From Candidatus Kaiserbacteria bacterium (GTDB lineage: Bacteria; Patescibacteriota; Minisyncoccia; Phycocordibacterales; UBA918), in assembly GCA_016204695.1 (NCBI GenBank), contig JACQKD010000014.1, forward strand, positions 18,562 through 82,561: a DNA stretch of 64,000 bases. The letters run 5' to 3'. The position numbers were made by a program, and so were the translations under genes. Shown piece after piece: positions 19,714 to 29,886 of this stretch (its first letter is position 1; each line of letters opens with the position of its first letter). The notes under the pieces were generated by a model. The model searched no databases, was not told where the DNA came from, and worked only from the letters and a program-made list of their open reading frames with translations.

Positions 19714-20122
19714 TAATCGGATCATCCTCGTGATACGTCACGATCTCGCGGGCTGGCAAACCGCAAACACGATCGCGCACATCAGCGGCTACCTTGGTAA
19801 TCGGCTGGAGAGACGTTTCGGCACCGGCGATTTTTTCGTGACAAGCGACGGCGTACGCCATCCGCGCAACTCCCAATATCCGATCATCATCAAGCGCGCG
19901 AAAAGCAACGAGCAACTCCACAACCTCATGGAAAAAATACGGACGGCGGAAGTCTTGTACCACGGATTTGTGAGAGAAATGATCGACTTCAACGGAGACG
20001 CCGACGTACAGGAGTGCTTTGGTAAAAAGCTGGACGCGGAAGTGGAATATCTGGGCATCGGCGTTTTCGGCCTCAATGACGTCGTAAACGCACTCACCAA
20101 AAAATTCGGTCTGTGGGAATAA
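19697..20122 (+). CDS. DUF2000 family protein (PTH2-like fold)
   Basis: LAGWQTANTIAH...YLGIGVFG...VNALTKKF. Confidence 0.7.
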   Translation: MNQDFDNRIILVIRHDLAGWQTANTIAHISGYLGNRLERRFGTGDFFVTSDGVRHPRNSQYPIIIKRAKSNEQLHNLMEKIRTAEVLYHGFVREMIDFNGDADVQECFGKKLDAEVEYLGIGVFGLNDVVNALTKKFGLWE

Positions 20123-20126
20123 CATA

Positions 20127-20152
20127 CCGCCCGCGCCTTTCGGCGCGGGCGG
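20127..20152. terminator. GC-rich hairpin between convergent genes
   Basis: CCGCCCGCGCC-TTTC-GGCGCGGGCGG perfect 11-bp stem. Confidence 0.7.
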
Positions 20153-20171
20153 CGTGTCTTTTATTCACTTT

Positions 20172-20285
20172 CTACTCTTCAGGAGTTTCCGCCTCTTCTT
20201 CGTCATCGTCCTCACCTTCATCTTCAGGAGCTATTACCTCATCTTGCATCAGATCCGGATTGGTGTCTGTAGTGTCGTCCATCAT
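20172..20285 (-). CDS. Putative 37-aa highly acidic small protein
   Basis: Manual translation MMDDTTDTNPDLMQDEVIAPEDEGEDDDEEEAETPEE*; below the ORF-track size cutoff; hairpin directly downstream. Confidence 0.45.
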   Translation of the reverse strand: MMDDTTDTNPDLMQDEVIAPEDEGEDDDEEEAETPEE

Positions 20286-20482
20286 AAGCCATTTGACGAT
20301 TACTTGATAAGAATGCTAACAAAACGCGCGGAGCACCTAAACATTACACGCGTCTAACATACAGCTACGACCGATGGCACATGGCCGCATCAAGTATAGC
20401 AAGCGATACCAAGCCCGCAAGAGCACATGAAAGATGGCCGGATGGCCGCGACACGAACGGACGTATGGTATACTGACTCCGT

Positions 20483-21727
20483 ATGGAACGCGGTGGCGCA
20501 CCACGAGGGCTGTTGTCAATCGTCGTGTCGGCGGCGGTAACCGCCGCCGTCACGACGATTGCCGTCTTCTGGTTGATCGAAACGCATCCTCAATCATTCA
20601 CACAGCTTTTACGCATTCCGCCCGCGAACACCGAAGAAACACTCGGCGTCGATTCTTCCGACACCGCCGAGACGGCAGTGATTGACGCGGTGAAGAAAAC
20701 AAGTCCGGCCGTCGTTGCGATCACTATTTCGAAAAACGTTCCGGTCTACGAGCAATACTATGAAAGCGTACCGAGTCCTTGGAGCGACTTCTTCGGGGAC
20801 GGCTTCAACTTCAGCGTGCCCCGCATGCGTGAGAAGGGGACCGAAAAAAAAGAAGTCGGCGGCGGGTCGGGTTTCCTCGTTTCCGAGGATGGCTACATCA
20901 TTACCAACCGCCATGTCGTCTCGGACGAAGAAGCGGAATATATGGTGTTTATGAACGACGGCAAGCAATACCCCACGACCGTCGTCGCCCGCGACCCGGT
21001 ACTCGATCTTGCCGTCATCAAGATTGAACCGGAAACATTAGGGGGCGGATTCCCCTACCTTTCTTTCGGCGACTCCGATGCGATTCAGGTGGGACAGACC
21101 GTCATCACGATCGGCAACGCGCTCGCCGAATTTCGCAATACCGTATCGGTCGGCGTGGTATCGGGCCTCGCGCGCTCGATCGTCGCATCCGATCATAGCG
21201 GACAGTCGGAAGCTCTCGACCAGCTTATTCAGACCGACGCCGCCATCAACCAAGGCAACTCCGGCGGGCCGCTCCTCAATCTCTCAGGCGAAGTGGTCGG
21301 CGTCAATGTCGCGGTCGCGAGCGGCGCGGAGAATATCGGGTTTGCCGTGAGCGGCAACAGTGCCAAGAGCATTATTGAGTCGGTACAGCGGACCGGCAGG
21401 ATTGTACGCCCCTATCTCGGCGTACGATACGTACCGGTGACACCCGAGCTGAAAGAGAAGAACAATCTGCCGACAGACTACGGCATGCTTGTCTCGGGCG
21501 GCGTGAGATCCGATGAGCTTGCGGTCATTCCCGGCTCGCCGGCGGACAAGGCGGGCATCGTGGAAAATGACATCATTCTCGAAGTGGATCGTATGAAACT
21601 CACTCCCGACAAAAATCTCGCCGCCATCATACGCGGCAAAAAGGTGGGCGACACCGTCGATCTCAAAGTACTCCACAAGGGAGAAGAGAAAAACATCCGC
21701 GTCACTCTCGAAGAAATGAAATCCTGA
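20483..21727 (+). CDS. htrA: HtrA/DegP family serine protease with PDZ domain
   Basis: GSGF, TNRHV, DLAVIK and IQTDAAINQGNSGGPL; C-terminal PDZ (PYLGV, GSPADKAGI). Confidence 0.9.
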   Translation: MERGGAPRGLLSIVVSAAVTAAVTTIAVFWLIETHPQSFTQLLRIPPANTEETLGVDSSDTAETAVIDAVKKTSPAVVAITISKNVPVYEQYYESVPSPWSDFFGDGFNFSVPRMREKGTEKKEVGGGSGFLVSEDGYIITNRHVVSDEEAEYMVFMNDGKQYPTTVVARDPVLDLAVIKIEPETLGGGFPYLSFGDSDAIQVGQTVITIGNALAEFRNTVSVGVVSGLARSIVASDHSGQSEALDQLIQTDAAINQGNSGGPLLNLSGEVVGVNVAVASGAENIGFAVSGNSAKSIIESVQRTGRIVRPYLGVRYVPVTPELKEKNNLPTDYGMLVSGGVRSDELAVIPGSPADKAGIVENDIILEVDRMKLTPDKNLAAIIRGKKVGDTVDLKVLHKGEEKNIRVTLEEMKS

Positions 21728-21807
21728 CCAAATTGGACATCTGACCTTTGTGGTCATGCGGCTATCTATCCACATTGATTTTTCTTATCGGACGTGTAAG
21801 TGGTACT

Positions 21808-23046
21808 ATGAGCGTATTCATGTCACATCCCATCATGCTTTCATCACCTTCGTATAATCGTCGCGAGCTTGCGATATCCTTCATTATTGCCCTTTTCCTT
21901 CTTTTGGCATGTCTTACTCCAGCGTATGCCGTCGCGGCGGAACTCGAAGTATCCGGCTGGATCCCGTACTGGAGCGGAACAAAAGGTCCGAAGGATGTAC
22001 AAAAGCATCTTAACGCGCTCTCCGAAATACATCCGTTCGGCTACTCGATCAAAGAAGACGGCACACTGCACAATCTTGTCGATATCGAAAACAGTTCATG
22101 GGAAAAGCTCATTCTGCGTGCGCGGGAGGGAGACGTACTCGTATCACCGACCATCACGACAAGCGACGGCGCGCTCGTGCACGAGCTTCTTTCGGATGAA
22201 GAAAAACGCGAAAAGCACATAGCGGAGATTATTGAGATGGTAGAAGAGGGCGGCTATGACGGCGTCAATATCGACTATGAAGGCAAAAAGACTGAAACCA
22301 AGGAGTATTTCTCCCTGTTTTTGCGCGAGCTCAAGAGTGCTCTGCGAGAAAAACGCTTGAGCTGTGCGATAGAAGCACGGACACCGCCGGATTCTCTCTA
22401 TAAGACAGTCCCTGAAAATCTCGAATACGCCAACGACTACAAGCAGATCGGTCTCTCCTGCGACGTGGTGGAGATCATGGCGTACGATCAGCAGAGAGCG
22501 GATATCAAACTCAACAACACCCGTCGCGGCATGCCGTATATGCCGGTCGCCGATGTCGATTGGGTGCGCAAGGTGGTCAATCTTGCGGCGATCACCATTC
22601 CCGAAGAAAAAATCATCCTCGGCATCCCGACCTACGGCACCGAGTATGAAGTCACCGTCTCGCCGAATTGGTTCCAAGACTACAAACGCGTTCGCGCGCT
22701 GAATCCCGACGCCGCCACCGCACTCGCAAAAAAACAAAAAGTAAAAATGAGTCGTAACAGCGCGGGTGAGATGGCATTCTCATACGCCACTGACGCGACC
22801 TCATCGAAAGTGAAGGGCTACAAGGTGCCGAGCAGGACTCCCGGCGGAAACAAAGTCGCCGCCCAAGCACTCGCCTATGCAAACAAAACGGGGAAGACCA
22901 CTTATTTCAATGTCGTCTCATGGAGCGATGCGGACGCGATAGAAGCGAAGGTCAAGCTTGCCCGCGAACTCGATCTCCGCGGCGTCGCCATTTTCAAATT
23001 TGACGGAGAAGAAGACCCCGATCTGTGGGACCTTTTTGAGGAATAG
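21808..23046 (+). CDS. Glycoside hydrolase family 18 protein
   Basis: YDGVNIDYE catalytic motif, IMAYD, KIILGIPTYG and LRGVAIF; exact start uncertain. Confidence 0.85.
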   Translation: MSVFMSHPIMLSSPSYNRRELAISFIIALFLLLACLTPAYAVAAELEVSGWIPYWSGTKGPKDVQKHLNALSEIHPFGYSIKEDGTLHNLVDIENSSWEKLILRAREGDVLVSPTITTSDGALVHELLSDEEKREKHIAEIIEMVEEGGYDGVNIDYEGKKTETKEYFSLFLRELKSALREKRLSCAIEARTPPDSLYKTVPENLEYANDYKQIGLSCDVVEIMAYDQQRADIKLNNTRRGMPYMPVADVDWVRKVVNLAAITIPEEKIILGIPTYGTEYEVTVSPNWFQDYKRVRALNPDAATALAKKQKVKMSRNSAGEMAFSYATDATSSKVKGYKVPSRTPGGNKVAAQALAYANKTGKTTYFNVVSWSDADAIEAKVKLARELDLRGVAIFKFDGEEDPDLWDLFEE

Positions 23047-23108
23047 TATTTTGCATGGAAGTCGTGGTAGACTCGGTGCGGAGTTAGAAAGGAGGTGTAA
23101 GAAGAGAG

Positions 23109-23150
23109 ACCACTACGCGTCGCTGACAGGTTGCGCGTAGTGGTTTTTAA
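23109..23150 (+). terminator. Intrinsic terminator
   Basis: ACCACTACGCG...CGCGTAGTGGT stem followed by a T-tract. Confidence 0.7.
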
Positions 23151-23398
23151 TTTTCATATTACAGTATTACTCCGTTCGCGAATCGGCAAAAAACGGCTCA
23201 AAATAAAGGTTTTGAAACTACATCGGAACATAATGCTTGACAATATGTCAAGCATATGCTAATGTGCTAGGAGGTCAAAAGTGTCCTGCAAGCCGCATGT
23301 TGCCTCCCCAAACCGGGAGCACAGGCTGCGGCAACCGCAGGACAAGACAAGGTCTCCAAATGCGACCATGGCAATGCCGGGCGCAAAGGGGAGCGATC

Positions 23399-24271
23399 AT
23401 GTTGAACCGTTTTTTTGTCATTGTTGTAGCGTTGTTGATCGGTTTGAGTTTGGTAGGCAGTGTTGTCGCTCAAGAAAGCCGACTTCTCGGAGATGTGGTA
23501 GTGACCACCGGGGGTGATATACAGTCCCTCTCGAGTGGGACCATACCACAAGCGACCCCCGTTCCACCCTGCCCACCCAGTTCTGGTGGAATTGTTGTTG
23601 ACGGGTGTACCGATGACTGGATTGGCATCGAGCCGATTGTCGTGGACCCGAAGGGTGATTTTGATTCGAGGGCAGATGTCGTTCAGTTTTCCATAATGAA
23701 CGACTCTGAAAATGTTTACGTCCTCTTTCAATTTTCAGTTCCGCCGACGTCTGCCACGTTTCTTCTCATCAACGCTGATGGGAAGCGCAACACCGGTTGT
23801 GATCCCGGCCGACTCGGAATGGATATTGGGGTGACCTTCGACCCCAATTTTGGAGCGTACGCGGGCGATGCCCGAGACTGCGGTTGGGGATCCGAGGAAT
23901 TCCCCAAGGCAGTCAAGATGGTGACTCGAGGAAAGTTTCTCGAGGCGTCCATTCCAATCTCCTTACTTAGGGCAGTTGTGTCTGGGGTGAGGATTCTTGA
24001 GATCACCGGGGCCAATGATTTTTTTGGTCCCGTGAGGTACGAGGTTCGAGTACCAGCGATAGTCGGTGCCACTGCAGGACAGGGACTGGACTTGCTGGTT
24101 GCCCCCATTTGTCACAACCTAACGACCAGCCGGCGTGTCGCCGGCAAGCGTGGCAGTCTGGAGATAGACTGCCGGAAACTCGGGTTGGCAATCAGACCGG
24201 GGGACGTGGTTGAAATACGTTTTCTCGGCTTAGTGAACAAAAGGAGTCAGGGAGACGAACCAAGGGGCTAG
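23399..24271 (+). CDS. Exported hypothetical protein with DOMON/carbohydrate-binding-like domain
   Basis: Signal peptide after GGAG RBS; VDGCTDDW...DPKGD, NDSENVYV and LEASIPIS pattern of DOMON-like beta-sandwiches. Confidence 0.55.
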   Translation: MLNRFFVIVVALLIGLSLVGSVVAQESRLLGDVVVTTGGDIQSLSSGTIPQATPVPPCPPSSGGIVVDGCTDDWIGIEPIVVDPKGDFDSRADVVQFSIMNDSENVYVLFQFSVPPTSATFLLINADGKRNTGCDPGRLGMDIGVTFDPNFGAYAGDARDCGWGSEEFPKAVKMVTRGKFLEASIPISLLRAVVSGVRILEITGANDFFGPVRYEVRVPAIVGATAGQGLDLLVAPICHNLTTSRRVAGKRGSLEIDCRKLGLAIRPGDVVEIRFLGLVNKRSQGDEPRG

Positions 24272-24298
24272 GATCACCGGCCGGAAGTGGTGAGCATA

Positions 24299-24352
24299 GG
24301 GGGTGTGATCGGCGCATGTTTGCGCGCAACGATCACACCCCCTTCTGTATTT
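24299..24352 (+). terminator. Intrinsic terminator
   Basis: GGGGGTGTGATC...GATCACACCCCC 12-bp stem followed by TTCTGTATTT. Confidence 0.7.
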
Positions 24353-24873
24353 TTGTCTCCCATTCTGTTTTTGATTTAAATTGTGCTACCAGTACACACG
24401 GCCGGAGACAAAGAAAGGAGGTGTCTCAAAAATTAAGAAAAAGCTGCATAAGCAGCAAACGGACGGATCGCCGCGCGCAAAAAATGCTTGTCGAAAGCCC
24501 GCGGCGATTTTTATATTTGACAGTGCCTGTTCTTGTCACGTCATGGTGGCATATTCCTCGCGTGTGGTGTATTGCACTCATCCTTTTCGGTCGCCCGGTA
24601 CGCGTGCGAGGATGTAAGAGCACATTATCCTGGCGTATAATCATAAGAGAGAGTGTGAAAGAAGTGACCAAGATACTTGCCGCATGTTTGTGGCAAGTAT
24701 GGCAGGAAAGAGCGCTCTGAAGGAGACCGGAATGAAGACTTTGGTCATTGTGTTGATAGGTTTGACATGTGTGGCGTATGAGCTGATTAACGGCATATGG
24801 GCGATGCACCTGCTGTTTTGTTTTAGACCGCGTTGTGTTTGCTCCAGCCGGTAATTTTGTATAATGAGAACTC

Positions 24874-25839
24874 ATGTCAAATGCCGTTGAAGTAAAAAAT
24901 CTGGTGAAGCGATATAAGAAAGCGGAGAGAAATGCTGTCGACGACGTGTCGTTTTCCGTCAGCGAGGGAGAGTTTTTCACACTGCTCGGTCCCAATGGCG
25001 CGGGAAAGACGACCACCATTTCCATACTCACGACCATGCTCACCAAAACCGCCGGCACGGTGACGATCGGCGGATATGACATAGATAAGCATGAAAAGAC
25101 GATCCGCGAACGCATCGGCGTGATTTTCCAAGCGCCAAGCATAGACATGAATCTCACCGCCGAAGAAAACATCCGCCTCCACGCTTCACTCTACGGCCTC
25201 TATACTTTCATGCCCATGTTTTCAATAATGTCGGAAGCGTACAAAAAGCAAGTGCTCATGCTCGCCGAGCTGATCGGCATAAAGGATGCGCTGTTTGATC
25301 CGATAAAAACATTTTCCGGGGGCATGAAGCGCAAACTTGAGATCGTACGCGGACTGATGCATCGGCCCGCCGTGCTCTTTCTGGATGAACCGACGACCGG
25401 CCTCGATCCGGTGAGTCGCCGGACGCTTTGGGAATACCTCCACGACGTGCGCAGACGCGAGCGCACCACCGTCTTTCTCACGACCCATTACCTCGACGAG
25501 GCCGAGAACGCCGATCACGTCTGCGTGATCGATGAGGGGAAGGTGCTCCTCTACGGTACGCCGCGCGACATGAAAGACCGGCTCGTACAAGAGTATCTTC
25601 TGCTTGACGCGGATGACCGCGACGGACTGCTCCGCGATCTCTCGGCATGGCGGACGCAGATCGTCGACGAGCACGCGCGTCCTCTGCGGATCCGTCTCCG
25701 CAACAACGAACAGGCGCAAGAGATCATTCGCGCCGCGGGCGTATCGTTTTCGCACCTCGATATCGAGCATCCGACACTCGAAGAAGCGTATGTAAAACTT
25801 ATCGAAAAAAGCACGGCGGAAACGCCCGCAACCGTATGA
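24874..25839 (+). CDS. ABC transporter ATP-binding protein (DrrA-like)
   Basis: GPNGAGKTT, FSGGMKR, LFLDEPT and TTH motifs. Confidence 0.92.
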   Translation: MSNAVEVKNLVKRYKKAERNAVDDVSFSVSEGEFFTLLGPNGAGKTTTISILTTMLTKTAGTVTIGGYDIDKHEKTIRERIGVIFQAPSIDMNLTAEENIRLHASLYGLYTFMPMFSIMSEAYKKQVLMLAELIGIKDALFDPIKTFSGGMKRKLEIVRGLMHRPAVLFLDEPTTGLDPVSRRTLWEYLHDVRRRERTTVFLTTHYLDEAENADHVCVIDEGKVLLYGTPRDMKDRLVQEYLLLDADDRDGLLRDLSAWRTQIVDEHARPLRIRLRNNEQAQEIIRAAGVSFSHLDIEHPTLEEAYVKLIEKSTAETPATV

Positions 25840-26756
25840 ACGATACATCTGCAAAAAACTTTTCGGAACCTCCGGGATACGAAGCGGCGAAAGAGGAGAA
25901 TCCGAGACATACGCCCTCGCACGACGACGGCTTGAATAACGAAAGCAATGAAGCGGACAGGGTTTCCGGGGAGTTTTTCCGAGAGGTTAACGCCGTCATG
26001 ACTATCGCGCTCCGCGATCTCACAAAGCTTTTCCGTGACCGCCCGCGACTCGTAGCAGGGCTCATCTTCCCGATCATTTTCATCGGCGTCCTTGGCGGAG
26101 GACTCAACGCCAGCTTCGGCAAAGTGCTCGACTACGACTTCTTGACGTTCGTCTTTACCGGTGTTCTCGCGCAGACGATGTTCACCTCGACCGCTTCGGG
26201 TGTCATCTCGCTCGTGCAAGACAGGGAGAACGACTTCAGCAGAGAGTTGTTCGTCGCACCGATCTCGCGTTATACCATCGTCATCGGCAAGATCGCCGGT
26301 GAGTCGCTCGTCTCGCTCTGGCAGGCGATCGGCGTGATGGTCTTCGGCCTCATCATCGGCGTACCGCTCACCGTCATACTTGTCCTGAAGCTCCTGCCGA
26401 TACTTCTCATCATCAGCTTTCTCGGCGGCGCGTTCGGCATTCTCGTGCTCGCCAATCTCGGGAGTCAGCGCACGGCAAACCAGATTTTTCCGTTTCTCAT
26501 CTTCCCGCAGTTTTTCCTTGCCGGCGTGTTCAATCCGATCACCGCGCTCCCGCTCTACCTGTCCCTGCCGTCAAAGCTGGTACCACTGACCTACGCCGTC
26601 GACTTTCTTCGAAGCATCTACTTCCGCGGATCTCCCGCGTACGAAGAAATAGTCCTCTTTTCGCCCGTCGCGGACTTTGTCGTCATCGCGGTCGTCTCTC
26701 TCATATTTCTTGTAGCCGGCACCTACCTTTTCGCCCGCAGTGAGCGGAACAGGTAG
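25836..26756 (+). CDS. ABC-2 type transporter permease
   Basis: Six hydrophobic helices; DRE...LFVAPISR and PLTYAVD; ATGA overlap with the ATPase gene. Confidence 0.88.
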   Translation: MNDTSAKNFSEPPGYEAAKEENPRHTPSHDDGLNNESNEADRVSGEFFREVNAVMTIALRDLTKLFRDRPRLVAGLIFPIIFIGVLGGGLNASFGKVLDYDFLTFVFTGVLAQTMFTSTASGVISLVQDRENDFSRELFVAPISRYTIVIGKIAGESLVSLWQAIGVMVFGLIIGVPLTVILVLKLLPILLIISFLGGAFGILVLANLGSQRTANQIFPFLIFPQFFLAGVFNPITALPLYLSLPSKLVPLTYAVDFLRSIYFRGSPAYEEIVLFSPVADFVVIAVVSLIFLVAGTYLFARSERNR

Positions 26757-26956
26757 CGGCGTACCGAGCAGGAACCATACGTATGATTTCCTCGCGCTCT
26801 TTGTGTTTGTCCCCACGGAGCAAGCGGGTACGCCGCGGACCGTAGTACCATTGGAGGTGTTCCCGACTGTCATTTGTTCTTCCGGCTCTCGGCGGAGAGA
26901 GCGAGACGGTGACATGCGTAATCAGCCGATCGTTTTCCCATAATCTCTTCGCATAC

Positions 26957-27592
26957 ATGCAGAAATACATCTCTTTCGTACTTGTCCTTGCGGTACTGCT
27001 GTTGCCGATGAGCGCCGATGCTCGGGTCCCGCAGGAACTTGACCTCGACTTTCTCTTCGAGGAAGGCCCGCATCTGCCGTCATCAATACTGCAGAAAATT
27101 TTACCGCTTGGGAAAAGTGTGCTCGGAGCGTCAACGCAGACCACGGTCGGTTCGGTCGTACCGAAAAAGCTGGGGAGTACGTTCACCAGTTTTTTCGGCG
27201 ACATCTCAATACGGCATCCGAAAGGCTGGCGCACGTACGAAGACTATGACGAAAATGCCGCATATACGCTGATAGCGAATGCAGACCTCACTGCGAGTAT
27301 CAGCGTCACGCGTTTTGACGCGCCGGACACCACGGTGGAAGAGCTGACGGATTATGCCGCGAGCCGCTGTGCGGACTGTACGTTCGAGGTGTTATCGACC
27401 GGCAAAGCCAAGCTCGGGCCGGTAAAAGGCACATACCTCGACCTCACAAGCGGCGTCTGGCATAAAAAAGCATATATCCTTCTAAAGGACGAGGTCGGTT
27501 ACGTCATCGAGACAACCGCATATGAAAATGAATGGAGATCGTATCGCTCGATTCTCGAAAAAAGCGCAAAAAGTTTTAAAATTTTGGAATAA
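26957..27592 (+). CDS. Exported PsbP/DcrB-like protein
   Basis: Signal peptide; ISIRHPKGW and terminal AKSFKI pattern. Confidence 0.55.
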   Translation: MQKYISFVLVLAVLLLPMSADARVPQELDLDFLFEEGPHLPSSILQKILPLGKSVLGASTQTTVGSVVPKKLGSTFTSFFGDISIRHPKGWRTYEDYDENAAYTLIANADLTASISVTRFDAPDTTVEELTDYAASRCADCTFEVLSTGKAKLGPVKGTYLDLTSGVWHKKAYILLKDEVGYVIETTAYENEWRSYRSILEKSAKSFKILE

Positions 27593-27633
27593 CCGTCTGG
27601 GGCGGAACATGCCGCGATCACTCCGTATACCGT

Positions 27634-28182
27634 ATGAAGAAGTCCGATAGCGTACAACAATGCTGGCCGTGGGAGTTGACCGCTTTCGTCTTGGTTGCCG
27701 TCATCGGATTTGAGGTGACGACGCTTCTGTCGTTCGGGTACGCGCCGTCCGGAGAAGAATCTCTCGCAAGGATCGTCCCCGCGGAGCTCGTTTTTCTCGC
27801 CAACGGCGACCGCGAGAGATATGGCGCCGCGCCGCTCATCGAAAACCCGCTTCTCGCGCGCGCGGCGGAACTCGCGGCAAACGATATGGCCGCACGCGGA
27901 TACTTTTCTCATGCGAGTCCCGAGGGAGAGCCGCCGTGGCGTTGGCTTGAGCAGGTGGGATACCGGTACGCCGTCGCGGGACAAAATCTCGCCATCAATT
28001 TCAACGATTCGAAAGACGTGGAAGATGCGTGGATGAACTCTCCGCCGCACAGCGCAAATATTCTCGACAACGGATTTACGGAAACGGGTAGCGGTGTTGC
28101 GTCGGGCACATATCGCGGCCGAGAGATGACTTTCGTAGTACAATTTTTCGCTCGGCCGCTCCCGCCGAAGGAAACAAACTGA
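27634..28182 (+). CDS. CAP (SCP) domain protein
   Basis: DMAARGYFSH, AGQNLA and AWMNSPPHSANIL. Confidence 0.9.
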   Translation: MKKSDSVQQCWPWELTAFVLVAVIGFEVTTLLSFGYAPSGEESLARIVPAELVFLANGDRERYGAAPLIENPLLARAAELAANDMAARGYFSHASPEGEPPWRWLEQVGYRYAVAGQNLAINFNDSKDVEDAWMNSPPHSANILDNGFTETGSGVASGTYRGREMTFVVQFFARPLPPKETN

Positions 28183-28207
28183 TTAACCGATCACTTCACC
28201 ACACACT

Positions 28208-28540
28208 ATGGACATACGAACACTGTCGGAGAGAGCGATGGAGATACGCGCAAAGTATAGAGCGCTTGAAAAAGAAAAAATTGGAAGAGAGTGGACGAGA
28301 AGCGAAGTTGCACAGGGTCTTGTGGGAGATGTCGGCGATCTCATGAAGCTTGTGATGGCGAAAGAGGGTCTTCGCGACATTCCGGATGCGGATACGAAGC
28401 TCGCGCACGAGCTTTCCGACTGTCTGTGGTGCATTCTCGTGCTTGCGGAGAAATACGACATTGATCTCGAAAAAGCGTTTTTGAAAACAATGGATGAATT
28501 GGATAAAAGGATTACAAGCGAAAAAGGACAGTCGGCGTGA
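28208..28540 (+). CDS. MazG-like nucleotide pyrophosphohydrolase
   Basis: GDVGDL...HELSDCLW...IDLEKAF. Confidence 0.8.
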   Translation: MDIRTLSERAMEIRAKYRALEKEKIGREWTRSEVAQGLVGDVGDLMKLVMAKEGLRDIPDADTKLAHELSDCLWCILVLAEKYDIDLEKAFLKTMDELDKRITSEKGQSA

Positions 28541-29010
28541 ATACGTATACGCTCTTGTATTTGTACGACTCGAAAGCGCGCCGGATTCTGCTCGCGCTGA
28601 AAAAACGCGGGTTCGGGGAGGGAAAATGGAACGGTATCGGCGGAAGAGTGGAAGAAGGAGAGACGGTGGAAGATGCGGCGGTGCGAGAGGCGCAAGAGGA
28701 GGCAAGAGTGGAGGTCAGTCCGGACACACTGGTACGCCGCGGCAGTATTCGTTTTTCATTTGAAAACCGTCCGGAACTTGATCGGGACGTGCATATCTTT
28801 TTTACGGAAGAATGGAAGGGAGAACCTATCGAAACCGGGGAGATGCGGCCGCGGTGGCATGACGCCGCCCGTCTTCCGTATGAAGAAATGTGGATTGCCG
28901 ACAAAGATTGGCTACCGAAGATGCTTGCCGGAAAAGTAATAGCGGGACGCGTCCGCCTCTCCGGCTCGGGGGACCGGATTTTGGACATGGAAATCAAAGA
29001 CTCGGTGTAG
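28537..29010 (+). CDS. NUDIX hydrolase (8-oxo-dGTPase/MTH1-like)
   Basis: KKRGFGEGKWNGIGGRVEEGETVEDAAVREAQEE; EMRPRW; MWIADKDWLP. Confidence 0.9.
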   Translation: MNTYTLLYLYDSKARRILLALKKRGFGEGKWNGIGGRVEEGETVEDAAVREAQEEARVEVSPDTLVRRGSIRFSFENRPELDRDVHIFFTEEWKGEPIETGEMRPRWHDAARLPYEEMWIADKDWLPKMLAGKVIAGRVRLSGSGDRILDMEIKDSV

Positions 29011-29031
29011 TATATTGAGACGCGCGGAGAA

Positions 29032-29104
29032 GCCACCTTAGCTCAGTTGGTAGAGCACCACTTTCGTAAAGTGGGGGTCCTCGGTTCAATCCCGAGAGGT
29101 GGCT
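29032..29104 (+). tRNA. tRNA-Thr(CGT)
   Basis: Cloverleaf with acceptor stem GCCACCT/AGGTGGC, anticodon arm CCACT-TTCGTAA-AGTGG and T-loop TTCAATC; CCA not encoded. Confidence 0.95.
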
Positions 29105-29178
29105 CCGAGAGTGCGAGCACAGAAAAATCCGCGGAAAAGCGTAGGTGGGGTAAACTGCTATTATGATATGGTAGTAGT

Positions 29179-29886
29179 ATGCTGATTCTCACAAAAAACA
29201 TTCTGGAGAAAGAGTACTGTAACAACAAAAAATCAGTCGCTGAGATAGCTAAATTTTTTAATTGTTCGCAACACAAAATAAACTATTGGCTGGGTAAGTA
29301 TCACATTCCTAAAAGAAAAATTTCGGAAGCGATGTATATCAAATGGAATCCGAGGGGTGATCCTTTTGCCTTTAATAACCCACAAACCTTAGACAAAGCA
29401 TTCCTATGGGGATTGGGACTCGGATTATTTTGGGGAGAAGGTAATAAGAAGAACACGGACTCGGTCCGACTGGGTAACGTGGATCCCGGACTTATACGAA
29501 CGTTTTTAAAGTTTCTTGACGAGATCTATACTATTGATCATGCACGACTGAGATTCGGGCTTCAGACTTTTACCGACATTGGTGAGAATGCGGCAGTCGC
29601 TTATTGGTGTCGGGAGTTGCGAGCAAACCGCCGACAATTCTATAAAGTTACAGTCACGCGCTCTGGAAGTCTTGGAACATATCGAGAAAAAAGTAAGCAC
29701 GGAGTTCTAACTATCTATTTCCACAACAAAAAACTTCGTGATAGTATCGTCAATGCGATTGGGGAATTGGGTTCTGGTTCCATTCGCAAAAGTGCCATCT
29801 TAGCTCAGTTGGTAGAGCGCGTCCATGGTAGATCGCAAAAGATCTCTGCCCTTTGGGACAGAAACGTCCCATCGAATCCCGAATAA
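29179..29886 (+). CDS. HTH + single LAGLIDADG-like homing endonuclease family protein
   Basis: N-terminal HTH (SVAEIAKFFNCSQHKINYWL); GLGLFWGEG motif followed by VRLGNVDPGLIRTFLKFL; AT-rich; 3' end overlaps the tRNA exon and intron. Confidence 0.6.
   Translation: MLILTKNILEKEYCNNKKSVAEIAKFFNCSQHKINYWLGKYHIPKRKISEAMYIKWNPRGDPFAFNNPQTLDKAFLWGLGLGLFWGEGNKKNTDSVRLGNVDPGLIRTFLKFLDEIYTIDHARLRFGLQTFTDIGENAAVAYWCRELRANRRQFYKVTVTRSGSLGTYREKSKHGVLTIYFHNKKLRDSIVNAIGELGSGSIRKSAILAQLVERVHGRSQKISALWDRNVPSNPE

Noticed and set aside
24316-24873. ORFs 24316-24720 and 24381-24617 as proteins
   Set aside because: No recognisable motifs, they cross terminator-like hairpins, and their composition looks non-coding
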